Shown here in pieces: positions 9,153 to 19,376 of a stretch of 64,000 nt of DNA. Origin of the DNA: an uncultured Nitrososphaerota archaeon. Its GTDB lineage: Archaea > Thermoproteota > Nitrososphaeria > Nitrososphaerales > Nitrosopumilaceae. The translations under genes were made by a program, and so were the position numbers. The DNA is taken from contig CAWGPD010000003.1 in NCBI GenBank assembly GCA_963824385.1, positions 128,001 through 192,000 of the forward strand, in the 5' to 3' direction. The notes beneath the pieces are model-generated. The model did no database searches, had not been told where the DNA came from, and worked only from the letters and a program-made list of their open reading frames with translations. Each line of letters begins with the position of its first letter. The stretch's first letter is position 1.

Positions 9153-9355
9153 TGAATATTTATGATAAAAAGTCGGTTCGTTGTTCTCAGTGTGATAGAT
9201 TCATAGGTGAAATTGATGCTGATGCAGTTGTAGTTTTACCAAAATGCGGTAGATGCGCAAATCCAATGCCTGAAGGGGATGACAAGATACAATACATTGT
9301 AAGCAAGTTTAATCCAAATCCTAAAAGTCTAGTACCTATAGATTCTGTCACTTGA
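9152..9355 (+). CDS. zinc-ribbon protein
   Basis: VRCSQCDRFIGE...KCGRC; TGATG coupling to previous gene. Confidence 0.75.
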   Translation: MNIYDKKSVRCSQCDRFIGEIDADAVVVLPKCGRCANPMPEGDDKIQYIVSKFNPNPKSLVPIDSVT

Positions 9356-9454
9356 TTTTTGAGAAATGCAAAATAGATCTATTTTCTACAGTTATTATCT
9401 AGTCATTAAAATAATTGTAATTTTGTATCTAATTGATTTCATACCCTGTATGGT

Positions 9455-9754
9455 GTGATAAATGAATTGAAACTACAAAGACATGAACGCCGAAATAAAC
9501 TAGAACTCCATTATAGTATATTACATTCAATAATAAAGGAAAGTAAGAGTGTAGATTTTATAAGACCAACTAGAATTCAATTTCTAAGTAATTTGTCATA
9601 TGATACCATGTCAAACCATCTACAGGACCTAAAAGAAAAGAAGTTGATAAATCACTCCAAGGGAATTACCATTACAAAGAAAGGAGAACAATTTGTAAAA
9701 GATTATGAAATAATACAAAAATTAATCAAGCAAATAAGTATTGATTATCTTTAA
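9455..9754 (+). CDS. archaeal winged-helix regulator
   Basis: RRNKLE..SIL...PTRIQF..NLSY..L..L..K.LI...ITKKG.F; paralog of 50574. Confidence 0.8.
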   Translation: MINELKLQRHERRNKLELHYSILHSIIKESKSVDFIRPTRIQFLSNLSYDTMSNHLQDLKEKKLINHSKGITITKKGEQFVKDYEIIQKLIKQISIDYL

Positions 9755-9817
9755 ACTAACAGACATTCACAGTTTATCGCTAAAGTATCATGTTATTAAT
9801 GCTAATTTTGATAACAA

Positions 9818-10216
9818 TCAAGAAGAAACCAGAATTAGATATACAAGCACTATGACTCCAAAGATGACAAGACCGATACTTGCTATGTACATAATGGAAT
9901 GTCTTGGTATGTATCTGCCTACTTCAATATCCTTCTGAGCTTTGAGATAATTTATCAGTGCATAAATTATCAATAAAATTCCAAGACCAATCATACTCAT
10001 ACCCAGTATGGTTGATGATGACTGTGTTGGCAAGTTAGTTGGAATTGTTTGATTTTTTGTTATAATGCTAAATTCTCTAAGAAATAGACTAAATCTTGCA
10101 ACTACAAAACCCAATCCCATGAGGGCTATGCACGTGCGTAACCATGCAAGAAAGGTACGCTCATTTGCAAAGTGTTGCGTAGAATGGTCTGGTTTTTTAT
10201 CTTCAGATGACAACAT
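9818..10216 (-). CDS. YidH/DUF202 membrane protein
   Basis: HFANERTFLAWLRT signature. Confidence 0.9.
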   Translation of the reverse strand: MLSSEDKKPDHSTQHFANERTFLAWLRTCIALMGLGFVVARFSLFLREFSIITKNQTIPTNLPTQSSSTILGMSMIGLGILLIIYALINYLKAQKDIEVGRYIPRHSIMYIASIGLVIFGVIVLVYLILVSS

Positions 10217-10458
10217 ATGGAACTAATATTTTGAACCTATAAGGTTTAGTTTTCATTTTTAAACTTTTAATGAGTAGGTCAAATAGAATTTATTCTCCAA
10301 CAAATCATGTCATCATAATTCAAGTTATGGCAAAAAATTTACCCACTGGTGTGTAAATGAAACAGGAAAAGGAGTTTGTAAGTCTTACAGGATATAACAG
10401 CTTTATGAAAACTCTGAAAATAGAATAAAGTATAAATTTATTGAAACAAAATCAATGC

Positions 10459-11038
10459 ATGGTAAAACCAAAAATTCTTGCATTTGCAGGAAGTACCCGG
10501 GTTGATTCATTTAATAAAAAACTAGTCAAAATTGCAGCTGCTGGTGCAGTCAAAGGCGGTGCAGATGTTACTGTGATTGATCTTCGAGACTTTGCCATGC
10601 CACTTTATGATGGTGATTTGGAACAACAAGAAGGACTTCCTTCTAATGCACGCAAACTAAAGGACCTGATGTTGTCACACCAAGGATTCTTAATTTCATC
10701 ACCAGAGTATAACAGACTCAATATCTGGTGTTCTAAAAAATACAATTGATTGGACATCTAGGCAATCCCAAGGAGAGGAATCTTTGGCATGTTTCAAGGG
10801 CAAAGTCGCAGGAATAATGAGTGCCTCTCCTGGAGGGCTAGGAGGTCTTCGTGGATTGGTTCACGTACGTGCAATTCTTGAAAATATCAGTGTTCTTGTA
10901 ATTCCAGAACAGACTGCAATAAGTAAAGCACACGAAGTCTTCAATACTGACGGTACTCTAAAGGACAAAAAACAAGAGGACCAAGTAAAAAAGATTGGTG
11001 CTAATGTTGCCAAGTTATTGCTAAAATTAACTGCTTGA
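10459..11038 (+). CDS. NADPH-dependent FMN reductase (frameshift at ~10716)
   Basis: AGSTRVDSFN, SPEYN|SISGVLKNTIDW, SASPGGLGG. Confidence 0.9.
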
Positions 11039-11214
11039 GATATTTTAAATTAAAAGCAATTTAGATATAAAAATACAGGTAAGAAATAAAAATTTCCAAG
11101 GCGTTTTGTAGCAAGTCTTACAGGATTCAAATTTTATGATGGGGAAAAGTTCGGTATTGGCATTCAAGGCAATAACAAATGGCTAACCTTAATACAAAAT
11201 GCTAGTAGAGGATC

Positions 11215-11370
11215 GTAACGAAAAATCATATCTGTCCTCGTTGCAGGAAAGAATCTAAATGTCTTAATCCTGAATGTGATGATTATACGTTAAGGTATGA
11301 ATGGTGTCCTAATTGTAGGATCAAGCTTACTAGATACTTGACAGGATGGAATGTAATATCCATAATTTGA
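11215..11370 (+). pseudogene. zinc-ribbon microprotein lacking canonical start
   Basis: VTKNHICPRCRKE...RYEWCPNCRIKLTRY; homolog of 1630..1751. Confidence 0.5.
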
Positions 11371-11391
11371 AACTGACTAGATAAAAAAAAT

Positions 11392-11473
11392 TGCAGACTC
11401 GTTCAATTCGGCTCATGCTCTAAGGTTTTACCCTTAGAACACGAAACCGTTTCGTGTTAGTATAGAGTCTGCA
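11392..11473 (-). ncRNA. candidate novel structured small RNA, copy 1
   Basis: closing stem TGCAGACTC/GAGTCTGCA, internal hairpins, T8 tract at 3' end, homolog at 36113..36189. Confidence 0.6.
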
Positions 11474-11571
11474 TAATACATTACGTAATTTGGATTCAAA
11501 AGGTTCTGTTTGTTTAGTTTGAAATAATGTAAGTAGAGAAATATTATAAGAACGTAAGAAAATAGACTGTA

Positions 11572-11856
11572 ATGAGTACTAACTTAAATCAAAACGAGAT
11601 CGCTTTGATCTCATGTATTGAAGTAGTTTTAATGAGAAAAGGTAATGTCAATTATAATCTAGTACTAGCTAGACTAAATGCTCTTTATGGGTGCAAGATG
11701 ATGGATTGCTATGAACACCCCGAATATTTGAAAACTGTCCTAAAGGAGGTGTATGAAGAAAATTATAATTCAATTATAATTGAAATCAAAATGGAATTGG
11801 GTAATTTAGACGCGGAAGAAATAAGTGATTTTATCAATATCATGTTAAAACCATAA
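11572..11856 (+). CDS. 'DCYEHPEYL' family (NitrOD5-like) protein, paralog 2
   Basis: CIEVVLMRKGNVNYNLV...DCYEHPEYLKTVLKEVY. Confidence 0.8.
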   Translation: MSTNLNQNEIALISCIEVVLMRKGNVNYNLVLARLNALYGCKMMDCYEHPEYLKTVLKEVYEENYNSIIIEIKMELGNLDAEEISDFINIMLKP

Positions 11857-11967
11857 CATTATACAATAAAAAATTAAGGAAAGGAGTTGTAACGAGTCTT
11901 ATATGGATTATCTTCATAGTGACAAAGATTGATAATTACCTTGAAGATTAAATTGATATAAAATTAA

Positions 11968-12255
11968 GTGATAAACATGAACTCAAACCGCAAAAAAACG
12001 ATCAACATATTTGCAATTGGAATAATATTGTTGGTTGCAGTTCCTGAAGTTGTAGGACATTCTCTTTTTGACAAGCCCCATCCTGAAAACTCTTCAGTTG
12101 TTGCCGCAAAGGCCTTTGCAAGCAAGCTTGTAACTAGTCCAGATGCTAGTTCACTATGTCAGATTCAAATTGAGAACGATCCGCCTGGTGCCAAAATTGC
12201 ACGAGTAGCAGGTCTTTATGGACAGTATGGAAATTTTACCTGTAAAACCACATGA
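11968..12255 (+). CDS. small secreted protein
   Basis: N-terminal hydrophobic helix, Cys pair. Confidence 0.55.
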   Translation: MINMNSNRKKTINIFAIGIILLVAVPEVVGHSLFDKPHPENSSVVAAKAFASKLVTSPDASSLCQIQIENDPPGAKIARVAGLYGQYGNFTCKTT

Positions 12256-12317
12256 TTGTTAAAACAAGTTATCTATTTTTAAAATAAAAATATTTGAGGA
12301 AATTCTCTTTTTGAGAA

Positions 12318-13010
12318 TTAGCCTGTTCCAGTACTTGATTTGCATGCAGCCAAAGCGTCGTAGTAAGTAACCTCTTCTCCGTTAATAGTACCATAGTAAG
12401 CTGCCCATGCCTGACCGATGCTTGTCCACATTGTCTCTCTAACTGCTTCGATATTTGCATCCCTTGTAGCAGCTGCACCCCAAATAGAGTGTGCTCTCTC
12501 AGTGGCTTCTTGGTATATCGTTACATAATAGTGAGAGTATGTTGCATCAACGGTATTTGCATGTTGTATTCTATCTGCAGCAATCTTGGCAGGATCTCCC
12601 TTGTCTGCTGCAACTGCAGTCTTCAAGGTCTGTGCGGCTGTTGTTAGATTACTTTTTGCCGATGTGAGATTTGCTTGCTGTTGAGTTTTGTACAAAGACT
12701 GTGCTGCTTGTGCAGCTTGTTGATAGTCTGTCCTGTATTGCTGCTCTGATGTTTGCTCTGTTTGTTTTATCTGCTGTATTGCAGAATCTCGAGCTTGCTT
12801 TGCACTTTGTACTGCTGAGTCGTAGGTCTGTTTTGCATCCGACATACAACTATTGGTAGCCGAATTTGGACTAGTACTGTTAGATGTCTGTGCGGCTGCA
12901 AAATCTAGATGGGCTGTAAAACCAAATAGCAATATGAAAATTATACTTCCAGCTATTGTAGTCTTGAACCCTATTCCTGACTTGCTTTGTTTATCCGATT
13001 TAGAATTCAT
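12318..13010 (-). CDS. secreted Ala/Gln-rich 11-residue-repeat helical protein
   Basis: signal peptide; YDSAVQSAKQA/RDSAIQQIKQT repeats like 5201..6170. Confidence 0.75.
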   Translation of the reverse strand: MNSKSDKQSKSGIGFKTTIAGSIIFILLFGFTAHLDFAAAQTSNSTSPNSATNSCMSDAKQTYDSAVQSAKQARDSAIQQIKQTEQTSEQQYRTDYQQAAQAAQSLYKTQQQANLTSAKSNLTTAAQTLKTAVAADKGDPAKIAADRIQHANTVDATYSHYYVTIYQEATERAHSIWGAAATRDANIEAVRETMWTSIGQAWAAYYGTINGEEVTYYDALAACKSSTGTG

Positions 13011-13111
13011 GTAATTTATTTTTAAAAAAATTATATATAAGGAATGCGCTGTATTGATACGAAATTACATTGTGAAACAAGTTTTAAATATTATATTTAC
13101 ACGGAATTTTT

Positions 13112-13507
13112 ATGCATTTAAGAACTGTATTATTTACAATGGCAATAATTACCTTTACTACTCTTGCTTTTACAAATATTTCTACATCTATACCGTTTGT
13201 TACCATTCCAGCATATGCGCAACAAACTCCTGGCACAAGTCTACCAAATCCTGCAGACTTGGGTCTTCCAGCTGACAACTCGTCAAGTTCTAGCGCATCA
13301 TCTGACAACTCGACAGACTTGAATGCTCTTTCACCAAGTACTGCAGACTTGGGTGCGGTAAGTACCAATTCAACAAATCCTGCATATACTCAAACAACTC
13401 AGAGTGCAACCGTGCCAGAATTTGGTCCAGTCTCATTGGCAGTACTTGTTGTTTCTGTAATGTCAATCATAATTGTCTCAGCAAGAACAAGATTGAGATT
13501 CTCCTAA
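13112..13507 (+). CDS. Ser/Thr-rich PEFG-CTERM surface protein
   Basis: signal peptide; VPEFGP + TM + basic tail. Confidence 0.85.
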   Translation: MHLRTVLFTMAIITFTTLAFTNISTSIPFVTIPAYAQQTPGTSLPNPADLGLPADNSSSSSASSDNSTDLNALSPSTADLGAVSTNSTNPAYTQTTQSATVPEFGPVSLAVLVVSVMSIIIVSARTRLRFS

Positions 13508-13621
13508 TTTTGGACTAGAGAATCTTGAAATAAGAAATTAAGGAAAAAAGTTTTGCAAAGTCTTTCAGGACATTTATGGGAATCTATTCAAAAAACTCAG
13601 TAAATATATGATGGATGATTC

Positions 13622-14059
13622 TTAGCTTTCATCATCAACAATCATTGCTTTTGCCATTGTGCGGAATTTGATAGCTGAAAACCCTTCAACTTCTGTAATT
13701 AATGCCTGTACCGTAAATGGCTTGTTCACTATTCGAGCATTCTCTGGGAGTTGACCGAGTTTTTTTAATACATCAAGACCATTGCCTGTTATGAATACCA
13801 TTTTTTGTTTTGGATTTATTTTTTGAATCTCTTTTGCAGTCTCAATCCCATCCATTCCTAGCATATTTTGGTCGAGTATGACAAGATCAAAATGTTGTTT
13901 AATTTTTCCATCAAACTGTTTTGTGTATTGTTTGTATGCTCTGTAACACTCTATACCATTAGTTGTTATCATCACCTCATGACCCCTTCCCTCTAATACC
14001 ATGCGATACGCGTTGACAAGTTCATAGTTGTCTTCTGCAATCAGTATCTTTAGAGTCAT
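13622..14059 (-). CDS. stand-alone response regulator (REC)
   Basis: ILIAED, DLVILD, FITG, KPF. Confidence 0.9.
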   Translation of the reverse strand: MTLKILIAEDNYELVNAYRMVLEGRGHEVMITTNGIECYRAYKQYTKQFDGKIKQHFDLVILDQNMLGMDGIETAKEIQKINPKQKMVFITGNGLDVLKKLGQLPENARIVNKPFTVQALITEVEGFSAIKFRTMAKAMIVDDES

Positions 14060-14233
14060 TTTTATCTACTACAATAAAGAAAATGTCTGGCTGATTAATC
14101 ACCAGTGTGTTTATGTTAAACAATCTTACTTGTTTTAAAAATATGATGTCTCTGATACCTACATATCTTATAGATATTTGCAAAATGCTAGTTTGGGAGG
14201 ATTTGTTATATCTTAGTTAATGATTAAACTCTC

Positions 14234-14729
14234 ATGGGATATCTGAAGATAACTCCTGAATTGCGTAGTGCATTGGGAGAAACATATTGCAAGGAATATT
14301 GCATACAGAACGGTTGGGCATATGCATCCTTAGAACGAGATCTCAAAAAACCCAATTCATAAAAACAAGTTAGAATTCAGTTATGGTTCTAAGAGAATAC
14401 TTGTCAAGATTCCTTTAGAAATTCAAAAAGAGATTACAGCAATTGCAAAATCTCACAGCAAGAAAGAAGAAAATCCTTCATTTGCATACGACTTTTTGGC
14501 TTGCAAGAGATATGAAAGTAAAGATCCGCGAAACTTGGTAGACAGAAAACCTGAAGACTTTAGATGGATTGAAATTAAAACGGGATACGGAAAACTTGCT
14601 AGAAAGCAATTTGAGACTCCCAAGAAAAACAAGATTTCATTGTTTAGATGCCGTGTTGTAAATGTACATGCACTTCCAGAGGAAGTCAAAGTCTACTTGG
14701 ATGAAGTAAGTGAATCATGTTTGATATGA
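14234..14729 (+). CDS. PD-(D/E)xK nuclease-like protein (frameshift at ~14338)
   Basis: reconstructed MGYLKITPELRSALGETYCKEY...YDFLACK...WIEIKTG..L...Q. Confidence 0.65.
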
Positions 14730-14825
14730 CTTGAAGAAACAGTCTCCAGTACATCCTTTTTGAATTTATCACAGATCGCAATCTGACCCCATTCTTTATA
14801 GCACGGAAAAAAGAGGTTATTTTGA

Positions 14826-15008
14826 ATGCCTTTTGATATAGACCAGACAATGCTTGTCTACCTTGCAATGATTACAGCTGGCATATTCTTATTTCCTATA
14901 GAATCAAGTCCGCCCTATTATTTGGTCATAGGTATTGGATTGATTGTAGTAGGTGGAATATTGGTTGTTCGTAAATCACGAAAGAAGGAACTAGGAACGA
15001 AACTTTGA
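14826..15008 (+). CDS. small membrane protein
   Basis: two TM helices, basic tail. Confidence 0.55.
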   Translation: MPFDIDQTMLVYLAMITAGIFLFPIESSPPYYLVIGIGLIVVGGILVVRKSRKKELGTKL

Positions 15009-15353
15009 TTGTGTCTTTAGTTTTTCTGTCAAGCTAGTAAATATCTCATTGTGGGAGACATCTGAGAAATTAACAGTTCCACCCTCGCGGATTATCTGTT
15101 TGTCAAACTTTTCCTTGACTGCAAATGTTACTGATGAATAATGAATTCGTCCTTTTAGTTTCTCTTGAACCATGGCATCAGTATCAGGAAATGTTGCAAA
15201 ATGAAATGCTATTCCTCCTGCCCATAGTATGGTAGGTATACCACCACCGCCAGACCTTGCACCTGCTATAATCTGTGTAATCCAGTCTTCGAATTTTTGT
15301 TCCAATACTTCATGAATGACAAGCTGCTTCCATGGCTCGATAATAATTTCCAA
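14991..15353 (-). CDS. conserved archaeal hypothetical protein
   Basis: EPWKQLVIHEV...LWAGGIAF; clean ORF. Confidence 0.75.
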   Translation of the reverse strand: MEIIIEPWKQLVIHEVLEQKFEDWITQIIAGARSGGGGIPTILWAGGIAFHFATFPDTDAMVQEKLKGRIHYSSVTFAVKEKFDKQIIREGGTVNFSDVSHNEIFTSLTEKLKTQSKFRS

Positions 15354-15487
15354 ATGTAACTAAAAATCACGCCCAAGTTTTATTTAAGGAACCATGCATG
15401 TAATGACAGGCGATCTGGCAAAATCTAGCCGTCTTAAAGATGGATTTAAATACTATTCTGTTTTTTTGTTGATTAGGTAATTTAGAT

Positions 15488-15589
15488 ATGCAAGATTGGA
15501 GTCAAGCGGGCGTATACATACCATTGATGGTAGGATTGATACCTGGATTCATTTACTGGTGTGTAATTACCGCACGAAAACACAAGTAA
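15488..15589 (+). CDS. single-TM microprotein (33 aa), not in ORF track
   Basis: MQDWSQAGVYIPLMVGLIPGFIYWCVITARKHK; upstream TTTAAATA. Confidence 0.55.
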   Translation: MQDWSQAGVYIPLMVGLIPGFIYWCVITARKHK

Positions 15590-15724
15590 ATCAACAAAAT
15601 CTTTTATCTTCTTTTTATAATTATGAAGATCCTAACGCAAAGTTAGTAGAACCTTCTATACTAGGTTGTATAGATTATGAATGCAGTACATGATTAATGC
15701 CTTGACGGCATTAAAAAGGAAGGT

Positions 15725-16753
15725 ATGAAGGCTGTAATTTTATCTGGTTTACTAATTTCCATATTGTTTGCGCCAAACTTGGTCTTGGCACAAGAGAATC
15801 TTCCATCAAATACATCACTTGGAGTTGTAGTACTTGACGGAACCATATACTCTCACAAGGCAATTGATGGCACTACTATAGTATATGGTGAAGTTCAAAA
15901 CAATCTCAGCTCCCCAGTAAATGATGTAACCCTTGGTGTTACATTTATGGATGATAACTCTAATCAGGTTGAATATAAGACTGGTCCTACGCTTTTACAA
16001 GTAATCCAACCTGGTGGAATGGTTCCGTTTTCAATCTCTTCAACTAAAGCAGATCCTTCTATTTCACAAATCCAAGTAAAACTTGCAAGTTTTGAATCAT
16101 CATCTGACAGACCGACAGTACTTACAATCTCTCCTGGCACTCTACAAGTCTCTGATGCACTGATACTTACTGGCAGTGTAACAAACATGGGAGACCAAAA
16201 GTCTACCAATACCAAATTATATCTTATATCATATGACGCATTCCAGCGAGTAGTTGGCATTGGAACTTCAACTCCTGTAGATGTTGGAATCTCACAAAGT
16301 TCAGAGTTTAGTATAATATCCGATACAAATTCAAAGGCAAGAACATACATGATTGTTGCCGAGTCTGATAATTACCAATCAAAACTAACTCCTGTAACTG
16401 CTGTCAATATTTCATTGCCAGTTGTTGTAGGAAAGACTGTAGTTACTGATACTAATGGTACAGAATATGCTACAGTTCCAGTGAATGCTACTGCAAACAT
16501 AACTAGCAATCTACATTATCTTCTAAATTCTACGCAGCCATTTGTCTACTATGTCCAGGTCAAACACTTTGGTGGCCAGGCTTCATTTATTGGAAAATAT
16601 CAGGGAATACTTGTTGACTCTGAATCAACAGCCACTGTTACCTGGACTCCTCAAGTGACAGGTTCATATTTTATTGAGACATATGTATGGGATTACAATA
16701 ACAAGCCGCTTTCTTCAGCAGTACCGACAGTTAACATAGTACTTGTTAGATGA
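15725..16753 (+). CDS. secreted FxLYD-like Ig-fold protein
   Basis: signal peptide; IVYGEVQN...VTFMD...PGGMVPF repeated. Confidence 0.75.
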   Translation: MKAVILSGLLISILFAPNLVLAQENLPSNTSLGVVVLDGTIYSHKAIDGTTIVYGEVQNNLSSPVNDVTLGVTFMDDNSNQVEYKTGPTLLQVIQPGGMVPFSISSTKADPSISQIQVKLASFESSSDRPTVLTISPGTLQVSDALILTGSVTNMGDQKSTNTKLYLISYDAFQRVVGIGTSTPVDVGISQSSEFSIISDTNSKARTYMIVAESDNYQSKLTPVTAVNISLPVVVGKTVVTDTNGTEYATVPVNATANITSNLHYLLNSTQPFVYYVQVKHFGGQASFIGKYQGILVDSESTATVTWTPQVTGSYFIETYVWDYNNKPLSSAVPTVNIVLVR

Positions 16754-16772
16754 TTACATCCAATACATTCTC

Positions 16773-17240
16773 ATGACTAGATTCAAGCTTGTTGCAATGG
16801 GAGGTACGTTTGATATTATACACAGGGGACACTTGGAACTTTTATGCGGTGCATTTTCTATATCAGACAAAGTGATTATAGGTCTTACAAGTGATGATCT
16901 TGCTAAAAAAAGAGGCAAGTATCCTGGAAATGATTACTCTACACGATACAAGACACTAGAGGATATAATACGCAAAAATTTTCCAAATTCTAAATACATA
17001 ATAGCAAAACTTGAAAATGATTTTGGACCTGCTGTGCTAGAAAAAGAGGTAGAGGCGTTAGTTGTAAGTGATGAGACATCATCAAAGGGTGTAGAGCTCA
17101 ATAAACTCCGAGCTGCCAAGGGTTCTCCCCCTGTAGAGGTTGTAGTAATTCCCTTGGTACTAGCTAAAGACGGCACAAGAATATCTACAACGAGAATTAA
17201 AAAGTCAGAGATTGACTCTGATGGCAACATACTAAATTGA
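16773..17240 (+). CDS. coaD: phosphopantetheine adenylyltransferase
   Basis: GGTFDIIHRGH, GLTSD, LVVSDET, RISTTRI. Confidence 0.9.
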   Translation: MTRFKLVAMGGTFDIIHRGHLELLCGAFSISDKVIIGLTSDDLAKKRGKYPGNDYSTRYKTLEDIIRKNFPNSKYIIAKLENDFGPAVLEKEVEALVVSDETSSKGVELNKLRAAKGSPPVEVVVIPLVLAKDGTRISTTRIKKSEIDSDGNILN

Positions 17241-17284
17241 CAAATAACTTTGAGTCGTTTCTATAAAACTCTAAAAATTGTGTT

Positions 17285-17623
17285 ATGTCATTGAAAGAAC
17301 TCTCCGAGCGAATGCTTGGCAAAATGTCCTCAGATATCACAGGTCTCAAAGACGGGCTAGATCCTGAAAATATAGCATTTTGGTACAAAAAAGTAATAGC
17401 AGAGGCAAAAGAGATGGCACCACCGTGGCTTGTTGATAAAATCAGTGTCAAGCAGGATCCTATTTTATATCTGAAATTTAATCTTGATATTTCTAAGCGA
17501 GCTGTAAGATACCTGATGATTGCAATAGAAGACAACATGGATGCCATGCCATATACTACAAGACTGTATTTTCTCAAGGTACAGGAACTAGTTACTCAGG
17601 AAATGGATAAAGCATTAGTATAA
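17285..17623 (+). CDS. conserved thaumarchaeal hypothetical protein
   Basis: clean ORF downstream of coaD. Confidence 0.75.
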   Translation: MSLKELSERMLGKMSSDITGLKDGLDPENIAFWYKKVIAEAKEMAPPWLVDKISVKQDPILYLKFNLDISKRAVRYLMIAIEDNMDAMPYTTRLYFLKVQELVTQEMDKALV

Positions 17624-17718
17624 AAATTATAGCCGCCTTTTAGCTGACTCGTAATTGTTTCTATATTGACTCACAAAGGGGCTTTGTATTTTTACTGTTA
17701 ATTTCGGTTGGTAGAAAT

Positions 17719-17853
17719 TTATGAACGGCGAGATTTTTTCTTCTTTCTGTTTTTATTAGATTGGTAGGCAAAGAAGCCAAGTATTATGCCAATAATCATA
17801 GTAGCTGCCACTATGCCCATTAAAACTGATGGAGTGACATGAGAAGTATCCAT
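17719..17853 (-). CDS. single-TM microprotein (44 aa), not in ORF track
   Basis: MDTSHVTPSVLMGIVAATMIIGIILGFFAYQSNKNRKKKKSRRS. Confidence 0.55.
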   Translation of the reverse strand: MDTSHVTPSVLMGIVAATMIIGIILGFFAYQSNKNRKKKKSRRS

Positions 17854-18040
17854 AGAAATCAGGTATTGAAACTAAGTTAATTAAGATTCCAATCTGATTT
17901 AATTATCAGAAATACTTTTGACTTGAATTTTGGATAAGCATTTGAGTTGAATGAGGATTTTGATAGTGATTGTGACATACTATAATTTAATGAAAGACAA
18001 GCACCAAAAGAGTTTATTACAATAGTTTAGATCTTCCTTT

Positions 18041-19118
18041 TTGGAATTGGGATCAATAGGACTTATAATGCCACTGAGTGTTATTTTGGTAATTTTTATG
18101 TCTTCATTAATGACAACTGCCTATGCAGATTACTATGAATCAGGATTTAGACTAATTCACAATCCTACCATTTATGCAATGACACCCCCGCCAGATCCAA
18201 CTATTCCAAATCTGGACTTGCAATTATTCGTGCAAACCCAATCTGCCGTACTGGATTGGGAAACGCATTTGAATCAAGGAGAAGGAGCACATCCGTTATG
18301 GAATATGAATCTAGTACAAATTCCATATTCACAGGCAAATTATAATTCATCCGCATCATCACCAGCTGACATACAGATTTTTTATTTACCCTCTCCAACA
18401 TCCACACCATCTGCTACAGAGCCAGTTGGAATTACAACATATGATTTTGTCAATCATAGGGCACAGATCATAATTTATTATGATAAAATAACAACTAGGA
18501 TAATAACAACAGAAACTGGCTATTCCAGTTATGTTTTATTTCAGTATACTCCTGTTTCATCCTACTCTGACCAATTCAGCTTCTGATGCACAACTAGGTA
18601 TGGCTATAGAACATGAGTTAGGTCACGCTTTAGGCATGGGTCACTATAAAATCTCTCAAGATGAGGAAAATAATATTATTTCAGGTAAACAGACAGATAT
18701 CCCATCGATAATGATACCAGTAGTTATTCCAGTTGGAGTTAGCGGTCTTGGCATAACCCAGAGTGACGTAATTCAATTAAAATCATTATATGGTAATAAT
18801 GGATTTGACAATCCAATTCGACCTATGCAAAATCAAGAAACGTCAATGAACAATCCTAAATATGACGATGTTAAAAATTTACTACTCACAGATATTCAAT
18901 ATGGTTCTATTACTGACTTACATTTTGAATCATCATTTTTTGCACTAGCACAGGATGGACTTATCCACATAAATTGGCAAGAAAAATCCATTGGGCATTT
19001 GATAAAACCACGTTGGTCAAATTCAATCATAACATTTTGGGCTCAAGATAAAATTTCAGATGAGGACTATGCTTCATGTTTGCAATATTTGTATGATTCC
19101 AAATTATTACAAACATGA
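18041..19118 (+). CDS. secreted matrixin-like (metzincin) metalloprotease (frameshift at ~18577)
   Basis: HELGHALGMGH, SIM Met-turn, thaumarchaeal W..W....ISD.....LQYL C-terminal domain. Confidence 0.8.
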
Positions 19119-19376
19119 CACAAATCACACTTGCATCGTAATTCTAGTTATGGATAAAATTATCATTTATAGAATTTCTAGCAAATCATAATGTATTCTA
19201 TACAGTGAATCGCTAACTACTCAGGCGTCAATTTGGGGGATTCTATTTTTACTTACTGTCAATAAACTTGTTTGGAGTTATTTTCTTTTAATTCTAAATT
19301 TCATATGTGATTTGTGAAAATCACAATTGATAAAATTATCACGAGTTAATATATTGTAAAATATATTTAATGTCTA

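Noticed and set aside
11392..11473. Hammerhead, twister, pistol or HDV ribozyme identity for the duplicated element
   Set aside because: Core consensus motifs (e.g. CUGANGA plus GAAA) are not present on either strand.
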